A stretch of 57,364 bases of DNA, filler included, from Trichosphaerium sp. ATCC 40318 (Eukaryota > Protista > Tubulinea), in assembly GCA_038496445.1 (NCBI GenBank). It is 3 parts of 3 records of this genome, joined end to end, with 100 filler letters (N's around TTAATTAATTAA, not from the genome) between each part and the next. Parts side by side here need not be neighbours in the genome. Positions count along the whole stretch, not along the records: positions 22,057 to 42,071 come from JALMLS010000164.1; positions 42,172 to 57,364 come from JALMLS010000249.1; 1 more part is not named here. One strand, given 5' to 3'. Shown here piece after piece: positions 39,626 through 52,744 of this stretch. A model generated the notes under the pieces. The model was not told where the DNA came from and made no database searches. It saw only the letters and a program-made list of their open reading frames with translations. Made by a program: the position numbers and the translations under genes. Position 1 is the first letter of the stretch; each line of letters begins with the position of its first letter.

Positions 39626-41450
39626 ATGTTGCGCTACCTCGGCTTTGTGGCCCCTAAAACTAAGTTTGTACTCGCTGACTGCGAAAAACGTAAGCAAGTT
39701 ACAGTTCAAACAGATAAGGGTTCCCAGACTCTGTTTGTATACACTGACACTGAAGCCGTACGCGGAAAGATCCAGTGTAACGTAAAATCAGGCAAAAAAA
39801 TCGACCACCAAGGTACGAAGGCAACGTTTTTTTTGTAGTGTTGTGATATATTAAATTACACTCGTTTGAGTCGTTGTTTGTATACGAAAAGTCAAACAGA
39901 TGATAATTAAATTAAAAAAAAATTTTGGGTGGCTATTTTTTTTTGACACGGCACTCGCTTAGGTATCAAGATCGAATTTATTGGTCAAATAGGTGCGTAA
40001 ACAATTATTTGCTTTTTTTTTTTTTGGCTAAAGCGCATTCCCCCACAGAATTATTCTACGACCGTGGCAATCACTATGAATTCTTGTCCTTAGACGCCGA
40101 TTTGGCAGAACCTGGCGTGCTCACTGGAGATAACGAGTTTACGTTTGATTTTTCTAAAAGTGAGAAGAATTTTGAATCGTACAACGGCATCAACGTCAGA
40201 TTGAGGTGCGTTAATCGAAAACACGTGGTGCTACAAAAGGCCCTTTCGTTTTTTGTTTTTGCGACGTTCTCCTCGGTTCGCGTGTTTAAGCTCGACTAAA
40301 GGCGCCATGTAGTTCTTCGTGTAAATTTTCCGCGCATGGAATGTTGCCATAACCTCAATATAATTTTTTCATTGATGATTTTTTACCACGTGCTTAAACT
40401 TCACCGTTAGATATTTCCTTAAATTCACGATTGTTCGTTCCTTGGTCACAAATATTACTTCAGAACAAGATATTTGGGTACTCAACTACAACAAGCTCCC
40501 AGAAATCAACAACTCCATCAAAATGGAGGTTGGTATAGAGGATTGCCTTCACATTGAGTTCGAGTATGGTCGCTCCAAGTACGCCTTCTTTTTTTATTTT
40601 TTCATTCCGAGCTAGCCTATTATCTCGGGCCAGTATATCAAGACTCACTCACAATCGTAGGTATCATCTCAAGGATATTGTTATTGGCAAGATTTTCTTT
40701 CTTCTTGTCCGTATTAAGATCAAATACATGGAGATTGCGCTCATAAAGCGCGAGTCTACAGGTATGTTTTCTTTTGCACAAGTTGTTAAATTTAACGGGT
40801 GACATTTGTGTCAATTCAAAATACATTCATTGTTACTATTATTATCAGTAGCTTATGTGGTGTAGGGTCTGGTCCTAACCTCTATAATGAAAGCGAGACC
40901 ATCACAAAATACGAAATTATGGATGGCGCACCTGTTCGTGGTGCGTGCTGCTCAGTTTCTTGTAATTTTTTTTTATACATGTGTTGATTATATGCTGTAG
41001 GTGAATCAATTCCTATTCGATTGTTCCTTGGTGGTTTTGACTTGACACCTACATACCGTAACATACATAGCAAGTTTTCAGTAAAGTACTACCTCAATTT
41101 GGTGCTCGTGGATGAGGAAGATCGCCGCTACTTCAAGCAACAAGAGTAAGTCGCTGATGCATTGTGTACAAAAATGTTGACATTGTCTACTTAGGATTAC
41201 ACTGTGGCGTAAGCCTTCATATGGTAAAACAAACGTATGCGCAGTGTTTGTTATAAGTACCAAGTAGCTAATGTATTACTAGGTGTTGGCTATGGCTCCT
41301 GATAAACCACGAAAAAAATCAAAAAAATCAAAAAAGGCGAATGGCGCAAGTAGTGTAAAAGAACCAGAACCAACAGAAGAAACTGAAACGGAGACACCAG
41401 GCAATCCTGAAAAGGAAGGTGAGGCTGTTGAGGAACCTGCTGAATCTTAG
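39626..41450 (+). CDS. VPS26: Retromer subunit Vps26, spliced
   Basis: HQGIKIEFIGQIELFYDRG, ESYNGINVRLRYF, IKMEVGIEDCLHIEFEY, KYEIMDGAPVRGESIPIRLFL, DEEDRRYFKQQEITLWR. Confidence 0.95.
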
Positions 41451-41827
41451 TTTTTTGCTTGTGTGTTTGCAATAAATTGCATAATTTTTATTATAAATGA
41501 TTAGTTTTCTTTACTTTAAGTCTATTCCATTGCATGGAAAATACATAACATCGTGTTGCATACAGCATACTTGCATAATAATAAATGCAAAGATAAATAT
41601 ATATCTATAAAACAAGTAAAAATTGGTGGTGTCAATAGATTAACCAACAAAATTTGATCTTTTGTAGACTGTTGACTTAGACTTTTCACATAAAACATAA
41701 CAATTATAAAATTAGTTACATAATCAATGTATGTAAAGATAATGCATGTACAATGTTAGAATATTGTAAAAGAGCCATAATAAAGCAAATTTGGCATAAA
41801 CCCAAACATTAACTCATAATTTCAACA

Positions 41828-42029
41828 GCTATCCAAGCCTTAGCCCTAATTCTGAATAGGGTTCAAACCCTAACCCTGGATTTTGTTTTATAATAATTAG
41901 GGTTGTAAACCTAACCCTAGCCCTAATAGGAACTCAACGATTAAGCCCTAACCCTAATCAACAATACTATTGATTAGGGTTAAACCCTAAAAGCCAATTA
42001 GGTTAGGGTTAAGGTTACCTAAACCTCTA
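41828..42029. repeat. Degenerate CCCTAA/TTAGGG motif cluster in both orientations
   Basis: Multiple AACCCTA and TAGGGTT motifs, including hairpin AACCCTAATCAA...TTGATTAGGGTT. Confidence 0.75.
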
Positions 42030-42071
42030 CTTTTTCGATTTTATTAGATTTTGCTACTTTCATGGCTGTGC

Positions 42072-42171
42072 NNNNNNNNNNNNNNNNNNNNNNNNNNNNN
42101 NNNNNNNNNNNNNNNTTAATTAATTAANNNNNNNNNNNNNNNNNNNNNNNNNNNNNNNNNNNNNNNNNNNN
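42072..42171. other. Artificial contig linker
   Basis: Same 100-nt N/TTAATTAATTAA/N linker. Confidence 0.97.
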
Positions 42172-42220
42172 TAACAAATAGTGCACTTTAATTAACCATT
42201 TTATTGAATGTAAAAACGAT

Positions 42221-44323
42221 TTATTTATAGCTGGGATCATAGTCTTCTCCTCTATCACCACCATTTTCTGTAGGTAATTCAATTAACACGTGCCGGTTAC
42301 GGGTTATATTCTTTGGTTTACGGCGGTTTTTATCACTTTCAGTGTTCCACATAGCATTATTATCATCTGCCTCTAAAATTTCAGCTGAAAAAATTGTCCT
42401 TTCTTGGTAATCCAGTGTAGTGCCATTGCGTGTGCCTACATTAATAACTACACAATCTCTAGTGTCACCTCTACAATAGCCACATACATGATCACATGGT
42501 TTGATACAACCATGTCCACATTTTGGAACATGTTCCCTACTTTTTTTTTTGTATTTAAACTCAAAAGCATTTTGCATGAATGTAAAATTCTGCTTTGGGT
42601 TTACTACTTCTATGACTTCAGGCAAATTCAAGGTATTGACATTAAATATGTATGTGTTTTTTAAGTGCTCACAAGCATATGCCAAGTGGGGAACAGTTTC
42701 AAGCACAAAAGAACCTGCTGTATAGGCATGTTGTTTTTTTTTAATCATGCCAGCTGCTCCATCAGCTCTGTTGTGTGCCCGAAAAGGTGCCAAAAACTTC
42801 CATACCATAGGTTTCTTCATTCGTGATTGAAACAAACCCATAAAATATTGTGCTGCATATGCTTTAAAGTGTTTACCACATCCATCACTCCAAATGGTTA
42901 TATTGGAGAATTGCTCAAACACACTGTGTTCATACAATTGCTCTAACACATATTGCACAAAATCAAATGTTTGAGTAATGATTCTGGGAGTTGTATTGGG
43001 CATTTGGTGGCTAGCACCAGTATAAAATCTACTATATTCATTCCCATTCTTAGCTGAGTTGACATAAAATCAATTGTTAGTACCAACATATTAAAACAGC
43101 TTTCTAAATTGCTATGATCTAACTTATACTCAGCAATTCGAGCTTGAGCAAAGTCCTCTTGTGTTTGCAGCTTTTTAATTTTCTCTTTGAGCTTATTAAG
43201 GTGCTCTTGATCTATGGTTTCTTGTTGTTCAAGCTCTAGCAATTCACCCTTAACCTCACCAAGTTCAACAAAGTCTTTTGAGACAAATTTATCAGTGGTT
43301 TTAAAGAAATGTGCTCATGCTTCCAAACGTTGTCAAACTTACTGACACTAAAAGTTGGTAGATTTTTTGATAGGGCCCAAGAACAATAATCATTGTACAT
43401 GGTGAACCTGGTACCATGATAGCATCGATGTTTTGAACCTGATTCAACTCCACAGTTTTCAGAAATCCAAGTCAATAAAATATCTAAAGTATCTTGTTTA
43501 CGACATCGAGGAATCCCCAAGTCACGTAAATAATAATCAAGGTGTTTAACCTCACTCTTACGTGCTTTATAAATGCTCCTCTCAGTAACACCAACAATTT
43601 TCGCAGCCATAGGTACTGGTATACCTGTAAACAATGTTTGGATAGCACTTGTTCGAATAGGAGAGTTGGATGGAATAGCATCATAGAACACTTTTAAATT
43701 ATCTGCCAGTAACTTATATGGCTGAGATACACTGTTTAGATGGTCATACACTTTGTAGGTTTTGTGCCAAGTTGACACAAGGCTTGAGTCATGCTTCATC
43801 AGCACACTATCTATTGCCGAAATAATGTCTAAATGTAATTTTTCTAATTTTCTACACAACGTTAGATATGCTTGTTAGCTTGTAGCACCCTTGCACATCT
43901 ACGTCTACTTCGATGTCAGGCACTTTATATGGCCGACCCACTTTCTGGTGCTCCTGAAAAACAAAATTATTTTGTATAAATTGGATTCAAATAATGCGTG
44001 TTGTTGAATTACGCAAAGCTGTACAGGCTTGAAAATAAGTTTTATATGTGTTAAATAGATGTGAGATGCGCTAGCATAAGTTAAACGCTTGTACACGCTT
44101 GCCCTACCTTGATATATGGGATCTCAATTCTTCGACAATCAGAACACAGTAAACCAATGTTTTCAGCGTTTTCCACGCGGTAAACACCGTTTGCAGGTAC
44201 TTTGTATATGTGGTTACGTATTTTTGTGGCATAAGCTTTGTTACTGCCAACAATGCGTGTATTGCATTTCAGGCATTGTTTATTACGGTTAATTGCTTGA
44301 ATCATGAGTTTTGTAGCATACAA
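42221..44323 (-). mobile_element. Frameshifted DDD-type transposase, Sola2-like
   Basis: Consecutive ORFs carry LTIDF, IWSDGCGKHFK and FLAPFRAHNRADGAAG, matching the DF / SDGC-x-x-QFK / HGK-x-x-DG pattern of Sola2; HTH-like AAKIVGVTERSIY and CxxC pairs upstream. Confidence 0.65.
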
Positions 44324-44724
44324 AGCTCAATTGGTGCTTTTTTTGTTAAGTCATAAAAAAAAACACCGAAAAATACGTAAAAAAGTAAATAATTTATTTC
44401 ACACTTAGAACTTAACAATAGAGCCATTCGTTCTAGATATATATTTACATATGTAAAACCGTTCATATGAGAGGTGTGAACCACAACCAAAAATAGTCCC
44501 CATTGCGCTACAGCATAAAACCATAAGCCATAGGGTGGTATTAACGTACTTTGAAAGCATACAGTTCGAAGGGTTTACAAAAAAGTGTGCTGTTGGTCAA
44601 CCTGTTCGTAGACTCCGTGGTTCGCGGTTGTAGTTTATACAATGACATTTGAACGTGCCAATCACTGAAAGGCGCGTCTGGTGCCTTAAGTCTGTCAAAA
44701 CCGCTAAATAATGTTATAAGTACC

Positions 44725-46161
44725 ATGCCTTCAATTGTTATCACAGCAGGTGCGTATTCAGAGTACATATGGAGTTTCTAAAGCTCAAAAAGGCTATGAT
44801 TTGGTTATTCGCTTCTGGGAAGTGCCCTCAGGCTATTGTTATCGCCAAATTCAACACACAGACTCGGTTGGTTGTTGTAAAACGTGAATTCTCGCTGATA
44901 CGCTCAAATAGCAAGTAAACCGCATCAAAATATCCCCACGTTCAAGTGGACGTACTGTACTGGCTGCTTGTGGCAATCCCAACATTAGACTTTACGAGCT
45001 ATCTGGGAACAATACCCACCACGTACGTACAACGCCCAGATCATTATGTACCATTTTGCGCACTCTGTACTGTCGTTTTATTTCACTTTTGCCAAAAACC
45101 CTAACGTAACCCAGGTTGGCCTTCTATCAGGTCACAAAGGTAATGTCATGGACATTGGCTTTAATAAAGATGGCACTCGCATATTTTCAGCAGGAGAGGA
45201 CGGATCAGTACGCATGTGGGATCTAAGGTATGTATTAAACGCGTATCGAGAAACAGTAAAGCATTTCACGTTTATCAAAACAGTTTTTTGGCTCGAGGTT
45301 GTTTTTTGACTTTCTTTTTTTAGAACAAATTCGACGGCGAAACAATTTTCTTACTCGTCGCCATGCAATGCTTGTATTCTTCATCATAATGAAAACGAGC
45401 TTATAGGCGCTTATCAGAATGGTAACGTCAGGATACTTGATATGCGCTATGGTAAATGCGTTGCAGAGCAGGTTGGTTATTTGCACACTCAAAACCAAAA
45501 AAGAAAAAACAGAGTTTTTTAACCAACTGCTTGAGCTGTTCTGAGACTGATTTATTTGTAGTTGCCTGAGCGCAAAAAGGCTCATAATCCGTTACGTTGT
45601 ATTGCTGTTTCTACAAGCGAAAGTGAGAAACAGTATTGTACTGTTGGATCAAATAATGGTAAGCCTAATTATTTTGTTGTGTGCGGCCGTTGACTTTTCG
45701 GTGTGTAGGAAGCATGTTCGTCTACACTATGGGTCATGATAGTACTGGATCGTTTTCTTTAGATAAAATAGTAAAAGCACATGATGCACACGTGATCAGA
45801 TGTACTTTTAGTCCTAATAACAAGTTCGTCTTTTCTCAACCCTTTTCATTTTTTCTGGTTTTCAAAGAAAAATGCACTTGCGCTAACTGCTTCATATTAT
45901 AGAGATTTTGCAACTACTTCAGCGGATAAGACTTTTAAACTATGGGATACTGATACGTGGGAAGTTAAGCATTGTAAAGATAATCATAGATCATGGGTTT
46001 GGGATTGTGCATTCTCTAGAGAAGGTAAATACTTGGCTACAGCATCTTCTGATGGTTTGGCTTGCTTATGGGATGTTGATAAGTCGGTTTTAATAAGGCA
46101 ATTTAGTGGACACAATAAGCCTTTAAGTTGTGTAAATATTGCTACTGTAAGCGCAAAATAA
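44725..46161 (+). CDS. LST8-like WD40 protein (TOR complex subunit), spliced
   Basis: ITAGYDLVIRFWE..SG.CYRQIQHTDSQVNR, GHKGNV, GEDGSVRMWDLR, ATTSADKT, WVWDCAFS..GKYLATASSD. Confidence 0.85.
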
Positions 46162-46358
46162 TATTGAAAAAAAACGGAGTTTGACAACATCTTGTTTTGA
46201 TTCTTGAAAGTTACAAGGTTTGTTTATTTTAAGCATCTTGTTGAGATATATGGAACGTGCTGTATGTCTGAAATTGAGTCACACGGTAACTAGAAAACTG
46301 GTGGCGCAAGTCACAGACTCCAAGAAGACAGAATGGCGCAAAGGGGTCATATCAAGTG

Positions 46359-48452
46359 CTATCTCATGTATGATAGAAACTCAATGTACATGTTGGACAT
46401 GTATGGCTTGATATTGTACCATGTGAAAAGAAAAAGCGCTTTAAAAAAAATTGGGTTAGACACCCAGTTGTAGTAAAAAGCTGTCCAGCCAGCTGTCCCT
46501 AACAGCCATGGTGAAACAGTCAATGCTACAGGCCACCATGTACAAATCTTTTTCTTGCATCTCTCACAATCACCTTGTTTGTGTTAGCAATGTAAGCTTC
46601 GATTTAATACATACCTTGATGACAATATCTGTGGCATTTATGTTTACCACAGTTCAGTAATCTATCACAAATTCTTGAACAGCTACCACAATCACCTTTT
46701 GTTGGGGTGAGAGATAACGATTGAGAGAAGGAATTACCTTGATGACAATAGTATTCACAAGAATGTTTACCACAGTTTAGTAATCTATCACAACTGTTTG
46801 TACAGCTACTACAATCTCCTTTTTTTACAAGTGAGTGATAACGATTTACAGATGACAAGTACCTTGATGACAATATCTGTGACATTTATGTTTACCACAG
46901 TTCAGTATTCTATCACAAATTCTTGTACAGCTACCACAATCACCTTTTGTTGGAGGTGAGAGATAACGATTGAGAGAAGGAATTACCTTGATGACAATAG
47001 TATTCACAAGAATGTTTACCACAATCAAGGGTACCCTGACAAGGAATAGTACATGTGCCACAATCCCCTACATTTGAATATTAAAAGACAATGGATTTAA
47101 AAAGTGTAAAGCATTGATACCTTCATGACACATTAGCTGACAATAATGTTGTTGACAATCTAGTAATTTATTGCAAGTATTTCCGCATTCCCTAACTTCT
47201 TCTTCACCACACCTATTTACCGTTAATGAGATAATAAACAGAAATCTGTACCTCGGAATAGTTATTGTACTTCCACAGTAGCAAGTTATAGGCTCTCCTT
47301 CTATGATACACGGTGGACATGGACCAGGATGACATTTAAAGGTGCAGGTATGCGCCCAACACTCAAGGTCTTTACCACATTCTTTTCGGCATGAATGCGG
47401 CACCTGTAGGTGTCAATGCTGCGTTCTCAAAACAAGTATTTTGTAGTACTGTTTTGGAATTGGTATAAACTTGTCGTTTTACTTTACCACAAAAACATGA
47501 AGCTTTGGGATTTGATTCCAGGTCAGATTTACAGTGAGGACAGGCCCATAAGTCATCTAGTACAGTTACAAAAGTCAAAACATGCGTGTAGAGAGGAAAA
47601 CAGAATGGCAATTGGACATGGGCATGTCGCTTGAATTGGGGTTTCAAAGTTCAAACAAAACAGCGGCACAGGGAAATTTTGAGCGCTTGAAAAAGTGCCT
47701 TCTGATTTTGACTCCTTTCTCCATCTGCGTATACATTTGATATGAAAGATTTCATAGCAATTATCACAAGCCCAGATAAGATCTCTTCTTTTAATTTTAT
47801 CCAAACAAACCTCACAATCATAGTCATAGTCGATTAGTCGCTCCATTAAAGCACGAGCACGCTCTGTATGACCTTGAGCAATTTTTACCTGATGACGTAA
47901 TTTAAATTAACTTCAGCTACGAATGTTACCTTCGCATGTCGCTGGCTCGCCCCACTTCCTATTATGCGTTATGAAACTTGCAATAATGGTTGTATGTGCC
48001 TACCACTTGAAGCGCGATAGTTCTCTGCCATAGATACAAGCTGTTGTTTTAGAGGTGGTATTGAAGCGGTTTAGACACGCAAGATTTAGGTAAACTGTTG
48101 TGATTCACTTGCCAGGCACTACAATTTTTTATGAAGCGGTTGTTAAAGCCACGTGGTCTCAAAAGGTATGCCAGCGTGATAATCAACAACATTCAGTAAT
48201 CATCCTCTAACTAGTAGGAATCCACTCTTTACATATACGCAAGGACCTCAGCAGTTTTATATTGCTCGCATATTCATACGATGAGTATTCGCAGCCTTTT
48301 ATTTTCGGCACGTGACTCCAAAAACAAATTTTCATATTGGCCCGAGAGTTACATGATAAATTGTCAACACTCGAAAGTAAAGAACAAATCGCAATCAGTT
48401 GAAGTAGAACTTCATAAGGGTTACTTAGTTTTTTGGTCGGATAAGCTAACAT
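46359..48452 (-). CDS. NF-X1-type zinc finger/RING protein with C-terminal hydrophobic segment (NFXL1-like), spliced; 5' end uncertain
   Basis: CEVCLDKIKRRDLIWACDNCYEIFHIKCIRRW, WACPHC, CFCGK, repeated CDRLLNCGKHxCxxYCHQGDC. Confidence 0.8.
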
Positions 48453-48488
48453 GAATTGTATTGACTTGTACAGCTCTACCTCACCGCA

Positions 48489-50123
48489 ATGAAAGCAGTT
48501 ATTGTAAACTCTTGGAGTAATGACGGTATACGTCTAGTTACAGAGGTTGCGTGTCAAAGTTCAGGTAATTTTTTTTTGTAACGATCGTAGGTCCCAAAGC
48601 CAACCCCTGGACCACAAGACGTGTTAATCAAGTGCGAATGGTGTTATTGTACATTTTTGACTTTTATGAAGGGTAACGGCATGTTACTTATCTCAGATGG
48701 AGAAACAAGTTATAAAAGGCGAATATAGCGCTGTATGTTGCGTATTATGTACATCAGTGTCAAAATACACTAATAACGCTCCTGCATAGTTTACATCGCT
48801 TCCTGTTACCCCAGGCATTGAAATAGTCGGTATTGTAGAACAAAACGGTCAAGACGTCGACATGTTTAACAAAGGGCAATTAGTCGCCGGTACATACAAA
48901 CACACACGCATTACGCATATTTTGAGATATTTTACATCTCTATGTCAACGTCTGTGGTATTTAGTAGCTAAAACAACGTAACACAACGCTAATCACACGC
49001 AGGATTGTTATCATTGATAAATTGTGGAGGATTAGCTGAGTACGTTTGCGTACCAGCAATTTTATTGCGTACGATTTTTGCTCTCTAGAAATTTCGCTTA
49101 CAGGTGACATAAAAGATGCTATACCACCAGGAACAGTGCCTCTTCAAGTCATCGGTAAGCTTGGAGTATCGTTATCAGCATATACCGCTCTATTCACTGT
49201 TGGACATTTGTTGCGGGGAGAAAAAGTTGCTATCATTGGTTGCTCTAATGTAAGCGTTAGAATTTGCTTTCAATGAAGTGTTGACTTTCTGACTACTTAG
49301 GAAGCATGCTTTATTGCTCGTTTGGCTACCGAAAGTAATGCTTCTGTAATGGTCGTGTGTTATAAAGAAGAAGATAAGAGCACACTAACAGCAAAACTTC
49401 CAAACAAAGGTAAAATTTTGAATTTCAACAATCTTTTTCTTCTTTGGAACACGTGCTTGTTAATTTAATAATTATTATAAGTTGTTGTTATTGCTGCGGA
49501 GAATGAAGAACCTGAAGCAGCTATATTAGCACATACTGGTGGCGTTGGAGTTGATATTTTGATTGAAGTGAGTTCGTATATCTTAAGCTCGCATAATATG
49601 TTCTCGTCTGACTTTATTTGTAGTTAACTCCTCTTGAAGTACTCAATAGACGAAAAACGATAAATGTACTTGGTGCTTTTTCTCGTTGGATAACAACAAC
49701 AGACGCACAGGTACTTATTGATTTTATGAAAAAGTCAAAGAAGAATAACATAATTCGTGGATTAATTTTCTTTTTTCATAGCTTGACCCTCCTGATGCAA
49801 AACTTCTTCGTATGAAGTCAGCGTCGATATCTTTTTTATTCTCACCCACTTGGGCTTTATCAAGTACTCAAATTGGGAAATATCTACGTATCCTTACCCA
49901 AAAACAAAAAAAAACCAAGCTGTTCTTTCTTTTCCTATTTTTTCCTATTTTGATTACCATTTTTCTTTAATGATTGACACAAGACGTTATGCGTGATATA
50001 ATACAGTCTATATCTTCTCAACGTATACAACATCATGATTCTTTAAAAACAGTTACTCTAGAAAAAGTTGTTGACTTACTAACAAGTAATACACCTTTGG
50101 AACATGTAGTCGTTATAGAATAA
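48489..50123 (+). CDS. CRYZL1-like quinone oxidoreductase-like (MDR family) protein, spliced
   Basis: VPKPTPGPQDVLIK, PVTPGIEIVGIVE, AYTAL, TGGVGVDILIE, QLDPPDAKLLRMKSASISFLF, QIGKYLH. Confidence 0.78.
49888..49983 (+). other. Probable U12-type (minor) GT-AG intron
   Basis: Donor GTATCCTT; branch-like TTTCTTTAAT about 13 nt before the AAG acceptor; splicing keeps the frame (GKYL-H-VMRD). Confidence 0.7.
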
Positions 50124-50273
50124 TAAAATAAATTAGTAAATTAACTTGTCGTCTTAACTACGCGTAGTATGTGGTTTATCAGGTAACGCTGACATGACCA
50201 ATGAGTGGCGTTGGTAACGAGAACAGTGGCCATCATAAAGACACGTTGTGGAGGAAGTTTTGATAGCTTTTAT

Positions 50274-51812
50274 TCATGCCAGGCATGGTAATTTTTTGTA
50301 AGGACAACAAGATATTATACAATTAGCAATTAAACGTCCTCCATCTGTATTAGTACCCCATCCGGTAAAGTACCTAAACAAGCGAAAATAAAATAAGAAT
50401 ATTACAGCTCTAGTGCCATAGGTGGGAAAGGTGTCTTGTGGTCATAGGAAGAAGAAGGAAAAAAGTTGATTTGAACTTGTAGAACTCTTTTGAAACAAAT
50501 GAAGATTGTTTGTACCCATCAGTTGAAGCAAGGTAGTAGTTAAGACACATGACACGTCCCTTAAAGCAATCGAGTTCAATCACTAGAGGAGCTATAATAA
50601 AATTCTGTTCAGCGAAAGGAGCATCTAATTTTGCATTCGCAATCACTTTAGCGTTTGGATTTAAAGTACCACTGGGTGCTGTAAAAGGGCGTAAGTAATA
50701 ATAATATTTCAAATTGAACGTGATAGTTGGATAATAGCTGACTCTCTGTAGTAGAAGAAAGAGGCTTTGCAATGGAATACAAAAACAGTATTGAAATCTG
50801 AAGTAAAATACACATGATTTTGTTTTTCTCATTGTTTTCTTAGTACCGGTCGAATAAAATCATTTACCTGTGTAGTGAAATGTAACATTCTTTACGTTTG
50901 TCATGACAAAATGCTCTGGTATTAAAATTTCATTCATTTCATGCGAGCCTCTAAAAATAAAGTCAATAAAAAGAAAACCTTGGTAAAAAGTTATAACATG
51001 TGTTATGTTAACCTTAGCTGATGTCTACCAGACAAATGTGCCATTAAAGGAAAGAGCGGGTCATATTTTCCCGTATCCCACCTGCCTCCAACATTCTCCA
51101 GCAAGCTACAGTGTGAGAAGACCCCTTGAATAACTCCACATCCTCTATCAACCATATCACTTAACACATCGCCAATTATTGGTCTTACTATGCCAGCATA
51201 ACGCCAATCTCCATCAGCGAAGTTGACAACAACGTCATAAGTAGAAATCAGAGATGCCTGCTCTTTAGTCCTTTTAATAATTTCTTCTGTATTATATGTT
51301 GCAATAATAGGGTTGAACTCAAGAGTGTCAACGTATCTGTTTTTTAGGGTCAGTTGGTCCAACAAGATGACGTTATTTTGCGCTCGTCACGTGCCTGAAT
51401 CCATACGCAATCATACGCTGTCTCAAGTCTTCTAGTACACGATTGCTAATTGCTTTGGTGGTTAAAAACAAAACACGTGCAGACGCCATAGTACGCAATA
51501 TGTGCCACCATTTATGCTGTTAAACTACGTAAGGGCGAATTTCTACTAGTTTGATTGTACGTACAGGACCTGGTAAGCCAACATTGGGCGTTTCAAGTAT
51601 ACCAACCTTGTAGCGCTCCTTGGCGAGCCTTTTGATGAGATTTGTATTTGAGTAAACTACATCAAACCAAACTTTTGATACACTACTGAAACTAGCCATA
51701 TCAGCAATGCTACGCGCGTGTGACAGTATTTCTGATACCTAATGACGTAAATTTGGGTTAGAAGCTGGCTTCGTTATGATTCTACAACCATTTCTATTGG
51801 TAGATCCTCCAT
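50274..51812 (-). CDS. F-box protein with uncharacterised C-terminal domain, spliced
   Basis: MEDLPIEM|VSEILSH...SSVSKVWFDV; then GDVLSDMVDRGCGVI, GGRWDTGKYDPL, GRVMCLNYY, DGGRLIANCI. Confidence 0.65.
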
Positions 51813-52300
51813 AGCGTGTAATTAGTTGTTGGTCTATTATTGTCACCATAAAAGCTCAAACGTGATTGTGCAGAAAAAACAGAAGATATTTAACACGTGT
51901 AGCGACTCTTCGAAACTCTTTACGCCATTTCTCTGCTAGAGAACACGACCAGGTAAGAGCACCAAAAGGCCGTTCAACAAGTTCAAGTTCAACATGTACA
52001 GGATAGGCTCGGTGAAAGGGGAAAGTTGAAGAAAAGTGTTGATGGAAAGGCGTTTTCAAAAACTCCCAAAAAACTAAATTCGCCATAGATGTTTTATTGC
52101 TATATACACCTTTAGAATACCATTGTTAACAAAAGCAGTTGAAAGGTCAGAATTATTCACTGAATAATACTTAAACACGGGAACACAACCAATCACGCAC
52201 TGTGAACATAACGTTCTCCAACGGGTCAACATAGTTACATATCAAAAACCCTTTTGTTAAAACTGAAACACACATCACCAACAACACATCCCAAATAAAA

Positions 52301-52744
52301 ATGCAAATAGCTTTCGACATCAAGCAATCTACAATCCCAAACGCTGGTAATGGCGCTTTCGCAACTCATTTTATACCGAAGGGTACTCTAATGTGGGTTT
52401 GGAGGCCTCGAGACAACATTATCTTCAATACAAAAGAACAACTTTTGAATAAACTTAAAACAATGCCGGAGGAAGAAAGAGTTACATTCCTGGGTTACAC
52501 TTACGCTTCATATGGCATTGTGATGTATGAAAAGAACGGAAGTCGTAATATAAACCACCATGACACTAAAAATAACATTGGTCATGATGAAACTATGCCT
52601 TACGATGAGAAACTAGGACGTATGTACGCTTTGAAAGACATTGAAGCCGGCGAGGAGATATTTGAAAACTACACACGTGAAATGGAGAGTGTTGGTCCCA
52701 AATGGTGGTTGGACATTTGTGAAGCGCACGGTGTTGACATGTAA
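52301..52744 (+). CDS. Intronless single-domain SET methyltransferase
   Basis: STIPNAGNGAFATHFIPKG, NINHH, ALKDIEAGEEIFENY. Confidence 0.85.
   Translation: MQIAFDIKQSTIPNAGNGAFATHFIPKGTLMWVWRPRDNIIFNTKEQLLNKLKTMPEEERVTFLGYTYASYGIVMYEKNGSRNINHHDTKNNIGHDETMPYDEKLGRMYALKDIEAGEEIFENYTREMESVGPKWWLDICEAHGVDM

Noticed and set aside
44531-44542. TAGGGTGGTATT similar to the spacer element end CAGGGTGGTATA
   Set aside because: Wrong orientation to be the TIR of the adjacent transposase and too short to exclude chance
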